Below, in pieces: positions 1-13,600 of a stretch of 64,000 bases of DNA; the stretch's first letter is position 1; each line of letters begins with the position of its first letter. Origin of the DNA: the human T2T-CHM13v2.0 reference genome, Homo sapiens. A program made the translations under genes and the position numbers. Where the stretch lies: the NCBI RefSeq assembly GCF_009914755.1, contig NC_060944.1. One strand, given 5' to 3'. The notes under the pieces were generated by a model that saw only the letters and a list, made by a program, of their open reading frames with translations, searched no databases and had not been told where the DNA came from.

Positions 1-229
1 GCACCCACTGTCCACCTGCCACAATCACGCCATAACCGTTCCTGTCAAGCCTGCAGCCCAATTCCCACGGCTCCAGGTGGCCCCAGCACCACCACAGCCA
101 CCAGCGTAGATGCCTGAGTGTTGTCTCGAATCCATCCCCGTTCCTCTTCCTCACCCTCTGCCAACACCACTTACCATAGGGCATCCTCTGCTGACCAGTG
201 ACTGCCTGCCTTGGCTCTGGCTACCAGCA

Positions 230-860
230 TCTCTTGCCATCAGCACCCCCTGCCTGGGCCACAGCAACAGCCTCCCATTTGGTCTCTTTTCTTCATTTCA
301 CTTCCTCTGGTCCATTCACCGAAGAGCAAGCAGAATTATTTTTCAAAATGCAATTCCAATTGTTATCACACCTCTTCTCCACATTCCTCATCTCCTGCAG
401 AGTAAAACCCAAACCCTGCAGCAACGCTTCTGAGGGCCCTCGTGACCCAGCTCCTGCACTCTCTCCCAACCTGCCTGCCACTCCCAGTCTATGTAGGACC
501 CCCTCCCCCTTGCTGTACATTCGTCCCTACCACGCTGTCAGTAGGCGCTGTCAGTAGGCACTCCCATTTCAGCCCACCCCAGCTCCTTGGTAAGTCTCCA
601 CCGCTCCTAGCAAATGTCAATTCTGTGACGAGCTCCCCACTCCAAAAGCAATCTTCTCCTCTCTGCTTGAATGTTCTCCAGTGATGGCACTCATCACACT
701 GTATATGAATTTCTGCTTACGTGTCAGTCTCAGACACAAGACTGAGCAACTTGAGGGCAAGACCATGTCTTGTTTCTGTAACCCCAGCAACAGGCTCAGA
801 GTCTTCAAATGCTTATACAGAAAAGTTAGTTTGTTTGTTTGTTAATGCCTAAATAAATGG
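230..860 (+). mobile_element. Degenerate L2 LINE 3' fragment
   Basis: C-rich text resembles the L2 3' region (cctgggccacagcaacagcctccc...tccattcacc...agcagaattatttttcaaaatgcaattc) and grades into an AATG/GGAT-type tail. Recognised from memory; boundaries approximate. Confidence 0.45.
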
Positions 861-1040
861 GTGGATAGATGGAGGGAGGTTTGGGTGGATGGAGGTTTCG
901 GTGGAGAGAGCTAAGGGAGGGAGTTTTGGGTGGAAGCAGGTTTGCAGGGAGGGAACTGTGGGTGGGTGGGTGGATGGATGGATGGATGGATGGATGGATG
1001 GATGGATGGATGGGTGGGTGGATGGGTGGATGGATGAGTG
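861..1040 (+). repeat. (TGGA)n microsatellite with TGGG variants
   Basis: Ten perfect TGGA units at 971-1010, with degenerate GGTG/GGAT flanks. Confidence 0.95.
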
Positions 1041-3119
1041 AGTGGGGTCTACCCTCCATTCCTTTGTATACTACATTGCCCCCTCCTGCTGCACTAGCTA
1101 AGTCTCCATCAGGCATCTTCTCCTGGTGGCTTTTACAGCAGCAGGTGCTGTCCTTCCAAAGCCAGCCCAGGGCCCACCAGTGTGCGAACATGTATATGGC
1201 AGGCATCTCTAATAAGACCCAAAAGGCAGAGGGAGCTTTGGGGCATAGCAGGGTGCTGCCTCTTGAGCTGCTTATGGGAGCTGTGACCCTAGCTGCTGGA
1301 AGGAGAAGGGGGCCTTTCCAGATGGGTGTGAGAGCCACAGATGAGTTCCTAAAGGAAGTCCTCAGGACCAGAGGAAAGTCATTGCATCACTGTCTCCAGT
1401 TGGAAATTATCCCTTGGAGGAAATGAGATAGAGGGAATGACACCCAGAAGAGGAGAGGCAAAGCAACTTCCCTGAACTTTTCATAGCCTGCAACTGCCAA
1501 GCAACCAGTGACTCTGGAAGCCATGCTGAATAATGAGTAGGGAGCAGTGACTGTTTGCAGATCCATTACATTGAAAAATGGAAGGGAATTTTATTGACTA
1601 CTAATTAAAATCTTATCCCCTTTCAGAGCATCTGGCAATACAGCAAAAGCACTCATTACGTGTACAGGACTCAAAATATATGGGCAATCAGTGTATTTTT
1701 ATCCTTTGAGAAACATTCAAAGGACTTAATGCCCAGATCTTGAGAAGGGTCCAGTGATTGGAAAACATTCTAGTGGTGTTTAAATGCCAACATCCAGAAC
1801 GCCTTTAAAGGTCTGCACTTTTGTTGGTTGTCATTTCATGCAGTGCTATTTACTTATCTCTCATGACTTAAAAGCAAGAGCTACTTGAATTCTGGTTGAA
1901 GCTTTATTACATCAGCTATCAAGAGATATTTTTATGTTAAGGCCCTTTGTTTTGTTGTCTGTTATCTTGGCAAATCAGAGAGGCAATAAGATGCCAGCAG
2001 GATAGATCTAAAGGTGAAATATTTTCTAAGGAACCATTGTAATATTGTAAGTCAAGCTTCCATCTAATTTAATACGTGGTCAGGTTTCTATTGGCCTTGG
2101 TTTAATAGTCACTCAAAGTGAAGGAAAATGGATAGAAAGAACAGACAAAGAGAGAAGAAAGAAATAGCTGCCATTAGGGTACTAATATGTGGCCATTTTA
2201 CAGACATAGAAACCAAGATTGAGAGAAATTTTTAAAGGGTAGCCCAGGGTCACACAGCTGTTGAGTTGTAAGGCCAGAATGTGAGGCTGGACTTACCATA
2301 TGTCTGAAGTGGGTGAGGAGGAAGATTTGCAAGGAGAAAGCAATTGCAAAGCCCCCGCAGGGCAGCGTGGGCCCTGGGATCTGGCTGAGGCAGAAGGGGT
2401 TGTGGGGGCAAGGAGCTTGTCTAACACCAGAACCTGTCAGGGAACAAGGCCAGAGCCTCGGCTGTACAGCAGGGGGAACTGACACAGTTCTGATGCTGAA
2501 AGGAGACCTTGGAGTTTTGAAAGAGAAAGACCTCTCTGCTGAGAAGACAACACCTCTGTGGGCTGGGGCTGGAAGTCCCATTGCCTCTGTGGTGGAAAAG
2601 TACAAACTGAAAATCCAGGTTAAGGTAGACCTAGATCCGCAGTCTCCAGGCACCTGACAGAAGCAAACTTATATCCTGCCTGGAGGTATTTTCAACACAA
2701 ACCACAAAGAATCCCCGCAGATAAACTTGAAATGCTGGCATCCCAGGTGATACTGGCACTGCTGGTCAAAGACCACACCAACAGGCACAGCTGACATCAC
2801 CTCCGAGAGCCTGCTGTGTGCCATACATCATGTTGAATGATTAACAAGTGGGCACTCACTTAGCCGGTCCTTATCAGAACTTCAAAGCAGATAATACCGT
2901 TCCCACCAGGAGATGCTGCCTTAGAGAAGGCAGCGCGGTTTGCCATAGCAGGATAAACACAGGCCCTGGAGCCAGAGACCCCAGGGGCACATGCAGGCTA
3001 CTCAGCAGGCAGAGGGTGCTACACGCCACTCTCTCCAGGCCCTCAAGTGGGCATCTGGCATGGTCATCAGCAAATGTCTAGGGAATGAAATTAGCCAAAT
3101 AATTAATGCAAGAATAACA

Positions 3120-3660
3120 TATAACAGACACATCTGAAATATAAGGCTACAGAAGAGTTGAAACTAAAATAATAAGAAAAACCTATTGTGGCAATGCTAA
3201 CATCAGACAAAAAGCAGTAATACAGATAAGGGACATTCTAGAATGACAGAAGGTGACAACCAAACAGAAATGCAATGTTCTAAACTATTGGCATGAAATA
3301 ACATGCATCCTAAGCAAAACCTTGCAGAACCAAAAGGAGCAGTAGACAAGTCCACGACCATAGGGGTAGATTCAAACCTCTCTCTATATATAACTGACAG
3401 AACATGAAGGGAAAAAATCAGCAGAGATCTAGGAGAAACAACACAATGACCCAATTTGACCTGAATCCCAACAACCGCAGAGTGTGCATTGCTTCCGAGA
3501 GTACTTGGAGCATTCGCAACACTCAACAAAGTTCAAAGGACCAGTCATATGGGGAACATACACCATGTAACTAAGCTAGAAATCATTTTAAAATAACTAG
3601 AAAATCCCCATATGTTTGGATATTATGCAATACACTTCTAAATAACATGAGTCAATACAT
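3120..3660 (+). mobile_element. Ancient L1M ORF2 (endonuclease-region) fragment
   Basis: A-rich sequence with decayed L1 EN motifs (gtggcaatgctaacatcagacaaa; ggagcagtagacaagtccac; aatacacttctaaataac). Confidence 0.55.
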
Positions 3661-3750
3661 CTTTTCAGCCAAATTTCTCTTGCAAGCATTTGCACTAACC
3701 TCAACTCTCATGTTTAAGAAATTCCATTTCCCCACATCCCTGTCACTGCT

Positions 3751-4064
3751 TGATATGGTTTGGCTCAGTGACCCCAACAAAATGTCATCTCAAATTGTAA
3801 TGCCTGCTTGTTGATGGAGGGACCTGCTGTTCTGGTGATAGTGAGTGAGTTCTCACAAGATCTGATGGTTTAAAAGTGCAGGACTTCTCTCTCTCTCTCG
3901 CCATCTTGTGAAGAAAGTGCCTGCTTCCCCTTCGCCTTCAACCATGACTAAGTTTTCTGAGGCTTCCCCAGCCATGCAGAGCTGTGAGTCAATTAAACTT
4001 CTTTTCTTTATAAATTATCCAGTCTCAGGTATTCTTTATAGCAGTGTGAAAATGGTCTAGTACA
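3751..4064 (+). mobile_element. ERVL-MaLR 5' LTR (MSTA/THE1D-like)
   Basis: Starts TGATATGGTTTGGCTC, contains gagtcaattaaac, and ends gcagtgtgaaaatggtctagtaCA. Confidence 0.9.
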
Positions 4065-5145
4065 GGAAAATGTTACCAAAAGTGGGGCACTACTATACAG
4101 ATAACCTGAAAATGTGGAAGCAATCTTAGAACTGGATAATGGGCAGAGGTTGGAATAGTTTGGAGGGCTCAGAAGAATACAGAATGATATGGGAAAATTT
4201 GGAACTTTCTAGAGACTTGTTTTGACCAAACTGTTGATAGTGATATGGACAATGAAATCCAGGCTGAGGTGGTCACAGGTGGAGATGAGAAACTTATTGG
4301 AAACTGGAGCAAGGGTCACTTTTTCTATGCTTTAGTAAAGAGACTGGCAGCATTTTGCCCCTACCCTAGAGATCTGTGGAACTTTGAACTTGAGAGAGAA
4401 GATTTAGGGTACATGGCAGAAAACATTTCTAAGCAGCAAAGCATTCAAGAAGTGACCTGGCTGATTCTGAAAGCATTTAGTCATACGCATTCACACAAAG
4501 ATGGTTTGAAATTGGAACTTATGGTTAAAAGAGAAGCAGAACATAAAGGTTTAGAAAATTTGCAGCCTGACCATGTGGTAGAAAAAAAAAGAAAATCATT
4601 TTCTGGGGAGAAATTCAAGCTGGCTGCAGAAATTTGCATAAGTAACAAGGACTTGAATGTTAATAGCCAAGACAATGGGGAAAATGTCTCCAGGGCATTT
4701 CAGAGTTCTTCATAGCAGCCCCTCCCATCACAGGCCTGGAGGCCTAGGAAGAAAACATGGTTTGTGGACAGGCCCAGGGCCCTGCTAATCTGTGCAGCCT
4801 TAGGACATGGCACCCCAAGTCCCAGCTGCTCCAGCTCCAGCCATGGCTAAAAGGGGCCAAGGTACACATTGGGCCATGGCTTCCAAGGGTGCAAGCCCCA
4901 AGCCTTGGCTACTTCCACATGGTATTGGACCTGCAGGTGCACAGAAGACAAGAGTTGAGATTTGGAGTCTCCACCTATGTTTCAGAGGGTGTATGGAAAT
5001 GCCTATATGTCCAGGCAGAAGTCTGCTGCAGGGGTGGAGCCCTCATGGAGACCCTCTGCTAGGGCAGTATGGAAGGGAAATGTGGGGTTGGAGCCCCCAC
5101 AGGGAGTCCCCACTGGAGCACTGCCTAGTGGAACTGTGAGAAGAG
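4065..5145 (+). mobile_element. MaLR (THE1/MST) internal region, 3'-deleted
   Basis: Characteristic internal sequence (gggcagaggttggaatagtttggagggctcagaagaa) directly follows the LTR. Confidence 0.9.
4245..4715 (+). pseudogene. Remnant of the MaLR internal (gag-derived) ORF, 156 aa
   Basis: MDNEIQAEVVTGGDEKLIGNWSKGH...RLAAFCPYPRDLWNFELERE is the typical THE1/MST internal ORF translation; broken downstream. Confidence 0.8.
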
Positions 5146-5325
5146 ATCTGATGGTTTTATAAGGGGCTCCCTCCTTCATTCACTCTTGGCTGCCACCATG
5201 TAAGATGTGCCTTTGCTTCTCCTTCACCTTCTGCCATGATTGTAAGTTTCCTGAGGCCTCCGCAGCCATTTGGAAATGTGAGTCAATTAAACTTCTTTTC
5301 TTTACAAATGATCCAGTCTTAGGCA
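5143..5325 (+). mobile_element. Partial THE1-like LTR, truncated at both ends
   Basis: gagatctgatggttttataagggg...gagtcaattaaacttcttttc...ccagtcttagg. Confidence 0.8.
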
Positions 5326-5612
5326 CATAGTTCTGGAGGCTGGGAAGTCCAAGAGCATGGCACTGGCATCTTGTGGGGATCTCCCTGCTACAGCTTCCCA
5401 TGGAAGAGGGCATCACATGGAGACAGGACAAGAATGTGCCAGATGAGGTCTTCCTCTTCTTATAAAGCCACTGGTCCCATCATGGGGGCCCCACTGGGAT
5501 GACCTTTTGTAACCCCAATCACCTCCCAAAGGCCCTACCTCCAATCAACATATGGATTTGGGGACTAAGTTTCCAACACCTGAAGTTTGGGGAACATATT
5601 CAAACCATAGCA
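5326..5612 (-). mobile_element. MST/MLT1A-type MaLR LTR fragment
   Basis: agttctggaggctgggaagtccaag...acatattcaaaccatagca, the reverse complement of the TGCTATGGTTTGAAT LTR start. Confidence 0.8.
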
Positions 5613-6144
5613 GTCCCATATCCTGAAAGGCTCCTCCTGGCCCAAGTCTCAGGTGTGTGAGTAGAGCCAGCCCTGCAGGTGTGAGAAATTGTTTCCCTGA
5701 CCCATAATATGGGAAACCCAGGTATGGATGCATGTGTCATGTCACATGAGCTCTGCAGGGCCAGGTGTGGGAGACAGTTTTGCTGTGGTGTGTGAGGGCA
5801 TGTGACATCTCCACAGTGGGACAACCAGATATGGAGCCACAGATGTTCATGTCTCTGGCTCAGCTCCTGCCCTCAGGAAACACAGAGTGGGAAGAGAGAC
5901 AAAAATCACACAGGAAAGGTGATAACAAGGTAGAATACAGGTGTCCTTAAAGTGTAGGCACAGAGAAGGCTCTAGGGTCATTCACAGGAGCAGTTCCTCC
6001 CTCTAAAAGAATCAAGGGCATCTGGCAGGGAAGCTGAGCCTCGAAAGGGGTTGGTCAGGAACATGGGGATAGAAGGGAGTGGAAAGTGTGGATGGAGGGA
6101 GCATGTGTGCATAGGTGTACAGGTGGGCACACATTAGCATAAGT

Positions 6145-6400
6145 GCTGGTTATCTCCTGCTACAAAACAGATTACCCAAACCTAGTGGCTTAGCACTCCA
6201 AGCATGTATTATCTCACACAACATCTGAGGGCAGGGATTGGGAGTGGCTCAGTTGGGTGTGGAGTTTCTGACTCAGGGTCTCTCACAGGCTGGTGGTCAA
6301 GGTGCAGCTGGGACTGTGGTCATGGAGGCGTGACTGAGCAGGAGAACCCACATCCATGGTGGCTCACTCACAGAGCTGTAGACAGATAGTCTCAGTGCCT
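6145..6400 (-). mobile_element. Old MLT1 LTR fragment
   Basis: attacccaaacctagtggcttag...tattatctcacaca...ctcagggtctctcac...gctggtggtcaaggtg. Confidence 0.55.
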
Positions 6401-7021
6401 TGCCTCCTGTACCTCTCTGTACAGCTGGTGGATCAGATGGGAACTGATCAGCACATGCTGCAAGGAAGCCTCCTGACACAGGAAAGAACCCTGGAAAGGA
6501 AGAAAGGGAGTTGTAGTCACTCCCACTCAGGGCCAGAAGTGGTGACAGCTCCCACCAGCCACACCAGGCACTGAGAAGAGTCCTCGAAGAATCTGGCCCC
6601 ATTTGTGGGAACATCAGCCCTCAACTAAAGGCCTTTCTTGCTTGTTCCACTAATAATGTTTAAAAGTCAGACCAAAATGGATCCAACTGTTTCCAAATAA
6701 CTTCATTGCATCCCAGAACAAAGCTCAAAAATATTTTAGAAATACAAAAGTGCCCAGCACCCAACAAGGTAAAATTCACAATCTATGACAGCCAATCAAA
6801 AATTACCAAGCGCATAAAGAAATAGGAAAATATGACCTATAACAAACATCAAAAACTACAAAATACTTAGTGATAAATCTGGGGAAAAAAAGGTGATGAT
6901 GACCCATTGATCCTCCTCCCAGGTGTCCTGAGGAAACACACAGGAATGTTCTTCAGGTGTCGTGATAGCATTCAAGACAACCCACATGCCACCATCAGAA
7001 GGAGGGAGTAACTGAATGTCA

Positions 7022-7462
<441 letters not shown>

Positions 7463-9656
7463 TCATTGAAAACACACAGATAGACCTTCACATCTCACAG
7501 AGTTTCAGAGTGGAAGTGTGTGGGGCAGGCTGAGGATGGTGACATGGGAGGAGCGGAGCTGGGGGCAGACAGAGTCCATGGAGCAACGACGCAGAGGCAC
7601 TGCCAGCTCTGCAATGCCCTGCAGGCTCCACACCCCCGGGACCCCTCTTCACACACACCAGGTCACTGCTGATCCATCTTGAGGGTCCTCTGACCCTCAA
7701 GGGATGAGAAGATGGAAAGAGATACTGACAGGTGAGTTTATAAATGTGTTTTGGTCACAATAGCTAAATTTTGAATAACGCAGAATTATTGACACATAAC
7801 AGACATCGGACTCTCTGTGCCTCCCAGGAGGAGACAAATGTCATTCTTTATCAGCTCTGTCCTGTGCATGCGCACGCCACACCTGCCTGCAGTAAAAGCA
7901 TCCAGAAGAGTTTGAGGCTGTCCGTCTCCCACACTTCTTCCTACCACAAGCATTGCTGGGCACTTCCTGTGCGCCCGGCACCCCTTAGAGATCCATCCCT
8001 GGCCTCCCAACGCCTTCAGTCTGGCTACAGAGAATAGCTCAGGGTCTGATGAGGGCTATAAGGGATCCACCATGGAAGCCCCAGGGGAAGACTCCCCTCT
8101 CACACACTCCTCCATGTAGCTAGTTTTGAGCCCACTTATGTCAGATGCTGAGCTTGACGCCTACTCGGTGAAGAACAGGATGACCTAGACATGCTTTATG
8201 TCTGGTAGCCTGTGAAGGATGCTTTGGACAACACTGTAGATTGAGCCATAGTCTGCAAAAAACAGTCAGCTGAGCTCCAAGGTGTCCCCTGGGCCATGGG
8301 CAGATTAGCACTGCCTGGGAGTGTCTGCCCCAGAACCCATGGACACAGAGACACCACCCAACTCAGGCCGCTCCTGCTGGTACCCTATTTGCCAGCCTGC
8401 CCACGCCAGTGTCATTCATGGAGTCTCTCCCTGCGTCATCAAGTCCTCCCAGTGCCAGAGCCAGGTCTGTCCAGAGCAGGAGGTGGATCAGCTACCTCTG
8501 CCCACCAGGCAGGAGTTAGAGGATAGACCTGGAGTGGGAGTTTCAGCTACCCCAAAACTCAGCCACTTAAATTAACGGTCACTTTGTTTGCTAGGATTCT
8601 GCAAGCAGGGCTGGGCTCAGCTGGGGACATCTCCTGCTGGCCTAGCCAGCGGTCAGGCACATGCTGCGTGGAGCTGAAGGGTCAGTGGGGCCGGGCTCAG
8701 CTGGGAGGCTGGGGCAGCTGCACCTCACTCTCTCCACAAGTCTCGGGGCTCAGCACATTTTGCGGCAGCTCAGGCTCCCCCAGTGCAAAAGCAAAAGCTT
8801 AGGCCTCCTCGAGCTTAGGCCTGGAACTGGCACAGTTCCCTGTCACTCCCTCCTGCTTCATTGGTTACAGTGAGTCACATGACGGGGGACCCCGAAGCAT
8901 AGATACCAGGAGGCTTGCTCACCAGTGACCTCAAAGTGACCGACTCCAGCAGAATGTGCCCCTAAACTTGGAGCATCCCTGCTCCCTCCCACCTTCCCCT
9001 GCTCCCCAACTGTGGCTGCATCCTGGTCCTCCAGCAGAATCCCATTCCCCTTTGGGCAGAACCTCTGACCTAAATTTCAGGCCACTCCCTGACGGCCCAT
9101 CAGGTCTTGCCCACCCTCTCCTCCCAAAGGGATGGTGGCTGTGGCCAGACTGAGTCTCAGAGCGGCTTGGTTCCTACCAGCCTGAAAATGCCTGAGTCTC
9201 ACTGCTGCTAAACCCCTATTCTCCTCGTGCCCACACACCCCAATCACCCACACAGAGGAGGAAGTGCTGATGGGATTGGCCAGGGCCAGGCATTCATGAG
9301 GCCCATGTTACTAGTGGGCAGGACTCCCATGCCTTCAAATTCACCATCCTCGCCTGACTCTAAGGCTCCACTTCTGCTTCTTGGTCATCGCATCTTCTCC
9401 CAACCCACCCACCAAGCTGAGCAAACCTGTCCTGAGATTCACATTGGGTTTGAGGTAGATACCTGCTTCGGCCCTCCAGTGTCAGCTACATTTCCAACCC
9501 ATCCTCCTCCAGTGGCCCTGCATGAGGAAACAGTGGGGGTGCCTGCATCCCTTTATCACAGCCATGCCCTGAAGAACCTCTCCCAGTAGAAAGGCACTTG
9601 ACATTTAATACTCAGAGTTCACAGAAAGGACATATCTCTCAGCTGATTTTTAAATG

Positions 9657-9999
9657 CAATCATGCTCTGCATGACGACCTTTTGTTCAACAACAGACCAC
9701 ATATAGGATGGTGGCCCCATAGATTATAATATCATATTTCTACTATACCTTTTCTATGTTCAGATATGTATAGATACACAAATACTGACCATTATGTTAT
9801 AGTTACCCACAGTAGTCAGTACAGGGACATGTTGTACAGATTTGCAGCGTGGGAACAATAGGCCATACCATACAGCCTAGGTGTGCAGTAGGGTCTGCCA
9901 TCCGGGTTTGTGTAAGTACACTTCCATGTTCATACGATAACAAAATCACATAAGGACACATTTCTCAGAACGTATCTGTCATTGAGCAATTTATGTCTG
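9657..9999. mobile_element. Tigger3a/MER7A-like TcMar-Tigger MITE
   Basis: Ends caatcatgc... and ...ttatgtctg followed by TA; internal cagcctaggtgtgcagtagg...gtttgtgtaagtacact. Confidence 0.8.
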
Positions 10000-10004
10000 T
10001 ACTT

Positions 10005-10680
10005 TTTTTCTGAAACAATTTTTATTAAGACATAATTCACATACTATGGAATTCACCCTTTCAAAATATAAAATTCAGTGGGTCTTCTTAGTATATTTAC
10101 AAGGTTGTACAACTATCTAATTCGAGAACACTTTCATCAAAGAAATCCCATCCTCATTAGCAGTCACTCTCCACCTCTCTGTCCCCAGCCCTGGTGACCA
10201 GCAATCCACTGTCTGTATCCATGGATTTGCATATCAGAGGAATTCTACAATACGCAGCCTTTTGCGTCAGGCTTATTTCTCTTAGCATCAAGAATTATTC
10301 ATGCTGGTGCATAAGTTAGTACTTTGTTCCATTTTATGGCTGGATATTTCCTCCTATGGCTATTCCACATGCTGTTGACCTATTCATCAGATGAACATCT
10401 GAGTCTGAGCTGTCCCCACCTCTTAGATATTATGAACAATGCTGCTATGAACGTTCATGTACAAGGTTTTGTGCAAATGCACATTTTCAATTCTCTTAGA
10501 TGTATATGTAGGAGTGGACTGCTGGATGGGCTTAACTTCTTGGGGAACTGCCAAACTCTTTTCCAAAGTGGCTGCACCACTCTCATTCCCAGCAGCAGTG
10601 GCCAAGGGCCCTGACTGACCCACATCCTCAGCAACACTTGTTACCATCCATCTTTTATATCGTAGCTCTCCTAGCAGGCC
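10005..10680 (-). mobile_element. L1MB/L1MC-type 3' end fragment
   Basis: T-rich tail, then aatgctgctatgaacgttcatgtacaaggttttgtg and aactgccaaactcttttccaaagtggctgcacca. Confidence 0.85.
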
Positions 10681-13600
10681 TCAGCGGATTTACAGGGGAA
10701 CATTTCATTTTTACGTTCCAAAAATTTCAGTACACAAGTTTTAACAAAATGATGGCAAAAAAAGTCTCAAGCCACTTTCCAAGTACAATTAGTAGAATGT
10801 GTGAATCACATGTGATGTTTACAACTACATGACTTCTCTACTCCACAAGCTGTTCTCCAATGCAGCCCTAACACTGCTCCACTGAGAAGGCCCTCCTCCC
10901 TGGACCTACCGACCAACAGACAGAGGTGACGTGATGTGACTTTGAGACACGTCCTAAGGCAAGGCAGCTCCACCTGTTCTCTGCAGCCCTCACTCCTGGA
11001 GCCCTGGCCATGTCAGAAGTCCCGCTGTGATGAGCTGCCACACGCAGAGCCCCTGAGAGGGCGCTGGGGGATGACACGGCCCCCCGCTGCCAGACTTGGG
11101 CTTTCCCAGCTGAGGCCCCAACACTGTGGAGCAAAGTCCAGCTGGCCCCTGTATCCTCCCCAGCCCAGACTCACAGAAACTATGAGCACAACAAAATGGC
11201 CACCCTGGGCCCCCTGCTGTAGGGTCAGCCTTCACACAGTGACAGTACTGCAGCTGCGGTGGCGATTGCCCTGAACAGGGCTGGTCCAAGGGCAGTGCAG
11301 TCACCCCTTGTGGTCCTTGCACAGCTGTGCTGAAGTCATGCACCGCTGACCATGCAGGGACAGGCTGAGCATGGGTCATCACAGCCCCACAGATTCTCCC
11401 TCACCAGGAGGCACGATCTCATGTTTCTGTTATGTTTGGGGGACTTGTTCAGGGATCTTAATTATAAATAAGCACTTTATCGTGTTTTAGATACATTTTG
11501 GGGACTTGCATGGAGGGTTTAGGGCAACAAGCAATGCATTATCATTTTTCCCATTTAAAGTAATGGGAGCAGGCTCCCGGTTTGTGCTGTCAGACAGGAA
11601 GTCTCATTTTAGCAGCAGATTGTCAGCATCAAGCAAGCCATGCTTGGACTGGCCTCTGCCCAACCTGTGTGGGTGACGCCCTCAGGACCCCACATGGAGG
11701 CGCACTGTTGGCATCAGGCTGTACTCAGCCCAGGATCTTATGCCCTCTGACCCCATCAGACAACATCAAAAATCCCCTCGAGGTACCACCCTTCTGCTGG
11801 AGGGAGCCCCTGCTCCTGCCCCAGGCACAGGGTGCTTTGAGAATCTGCCGGCTAAGCCTGCACATCCTGCAGCCACGGGCATGCCCCAGGCCAGTTCCTC
11901 CTGCTTCCACCTTCCTCCCTGCCCCTCCTGGAGCCCGGGCTCCCCAGCTGCCCCTCAAGACCCAAGTATCCATGAGGAGACGCCAGAGGGAAGGGAGTGT
12001 GGCTGGATGTGCAGCGAGGGTGGGAAGACCAGAGGGTGTCAGTGGCTCCTAACTCCCACTCATTGCCTTTCCTTGCCAAGTCCTCCTTCCAGAGCCTCCT
12101 GCTGTGCGCAGAAGGAGAAGAAGGGAGGGACAGGAGAGGAGCTGGGAGGTGGGATGGGGGAGGCACAGCGAGGCTCTGAGATATTTCTCAGGGGAGCAAG
12201 TGCAGCCCTAAGCAAGGCGGGCCATTCTGGGCTGGGGTTTTATCTGCTGCACTGGAATCAATGAGATAAACGGGAGGCCTTTCACTAGGAGCCTTGGCAC
12301 ACAGCAGCGTCAGGGTTCCTCTCATGATGCAGCAGGGGAGCAGAGTGGGGCTCTCCATCAGCCCCTGCAACTAGGGGCTCTCTTTGATACTTAGAGAAGA
12401 GAGAGCAGAACCAGGCTGAGCCCCAGGTAAGCCCACTCTACCCTGAAACACACACACATGCACTCCCACAGTGGCCCTGGAGACCACCAACACATTCGTC
12501 ACCCGGTCACTCACCTACAGCCCTCATTCCTCCAGCAGGACACAGCAGTCAGGCATCAAGGCCATCTGAGGTCAGGAGAGGCAGCTCATGTTAGAAGGAA
12601 AGGGAGGTGGCCCCACATTAGGCATGGGCTGTCTGGGGCCAGGACACTCAGTGGGAAGCAAAGCTGTGATCCCTCTCCCTGACATGCCCAGGCGGCAGTG
12701 GGGCTAGGGCCCTCAGGCCTGCAGGTGGAGTTGGCTCCCTATGGTCTGGAAACATAATCGCTTTATCCCCATAGTGACTACCAGCAGCATCCCCAGGGGA
12801 AGGGGGAGGGTGGCAACCAGCCCCCACCATGGGGACCAGGAGGAGGAGAGGCTTCTGCTGCCGCCTGGCTGCCCTCCAGCTTGGCCCCTGCACCCTGTGA
12901 GGAGGGATGGGGGTTCCCGACTTCATTTCCTCTCCTGCTTCTCACTCTTTAGAGCTGGTGAGCAGCTGGCTGGGGGCCAGGGCGCTCAGGCACCGAGGTC
13001 GGGCTGCCCAGGTGGTGCAGGTCCCCGGGGTCTGAACCTGCTGGGAGGTGGCAGGGGAGGTGGTGCATGGGGACAAGCCTCAGCAGAGCCTGTGTTCAGC
13101 ACACAGGCTTCCTCCCTCGAAGTGGGGTAACGGCAGCAGCTTCCAAGGGAGGCCAAGCACCCCAGCTCCCGTGCTGGGGACTGTGTGTAAAACCACCCAG
13201 GCTGGAGGCGCTGCTGCTTCTGTGCAACGCCTGTGCAACACAAGGACAGTGCTTGTGGGCGAGGGCCGTGTCCAGGGAGTGGAGCGGCTGTCCTCGCTGC
13301 CCCCACTGACTGACACACGACAGATGAAACAAAAACAGCGCTCACTGGAGTGTGCTGGGTGGGTCACCCTTGAGTGAGGCAAAGCAGACACACAGAGATG
13401 GTGACCTGATCACTGGGGTTGCAGGGAGAGCCTCGGCCCCCAGACTCAGGGACCAGACAGCTCCACCGGCCGGGCACGTGAACCCCGCAGGCTGCGGGGA
13501 AGGAGGCCAGCCTCCGTGGGGGTGCTTCTCGTGGGGTCAGACTGCCGCGTCTTCTCTGGTGTCCTCTGGAGGGAGGCAGCACAGGACGGAGCAGCTGAAC

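Noticed and set aside
869-1426. 185-aa ORF with WMDG repeats, and the opposite-strand HPSI ORF
   Set aside because: Produced by the (TGGA)n microsatellite; no recognisable domain.
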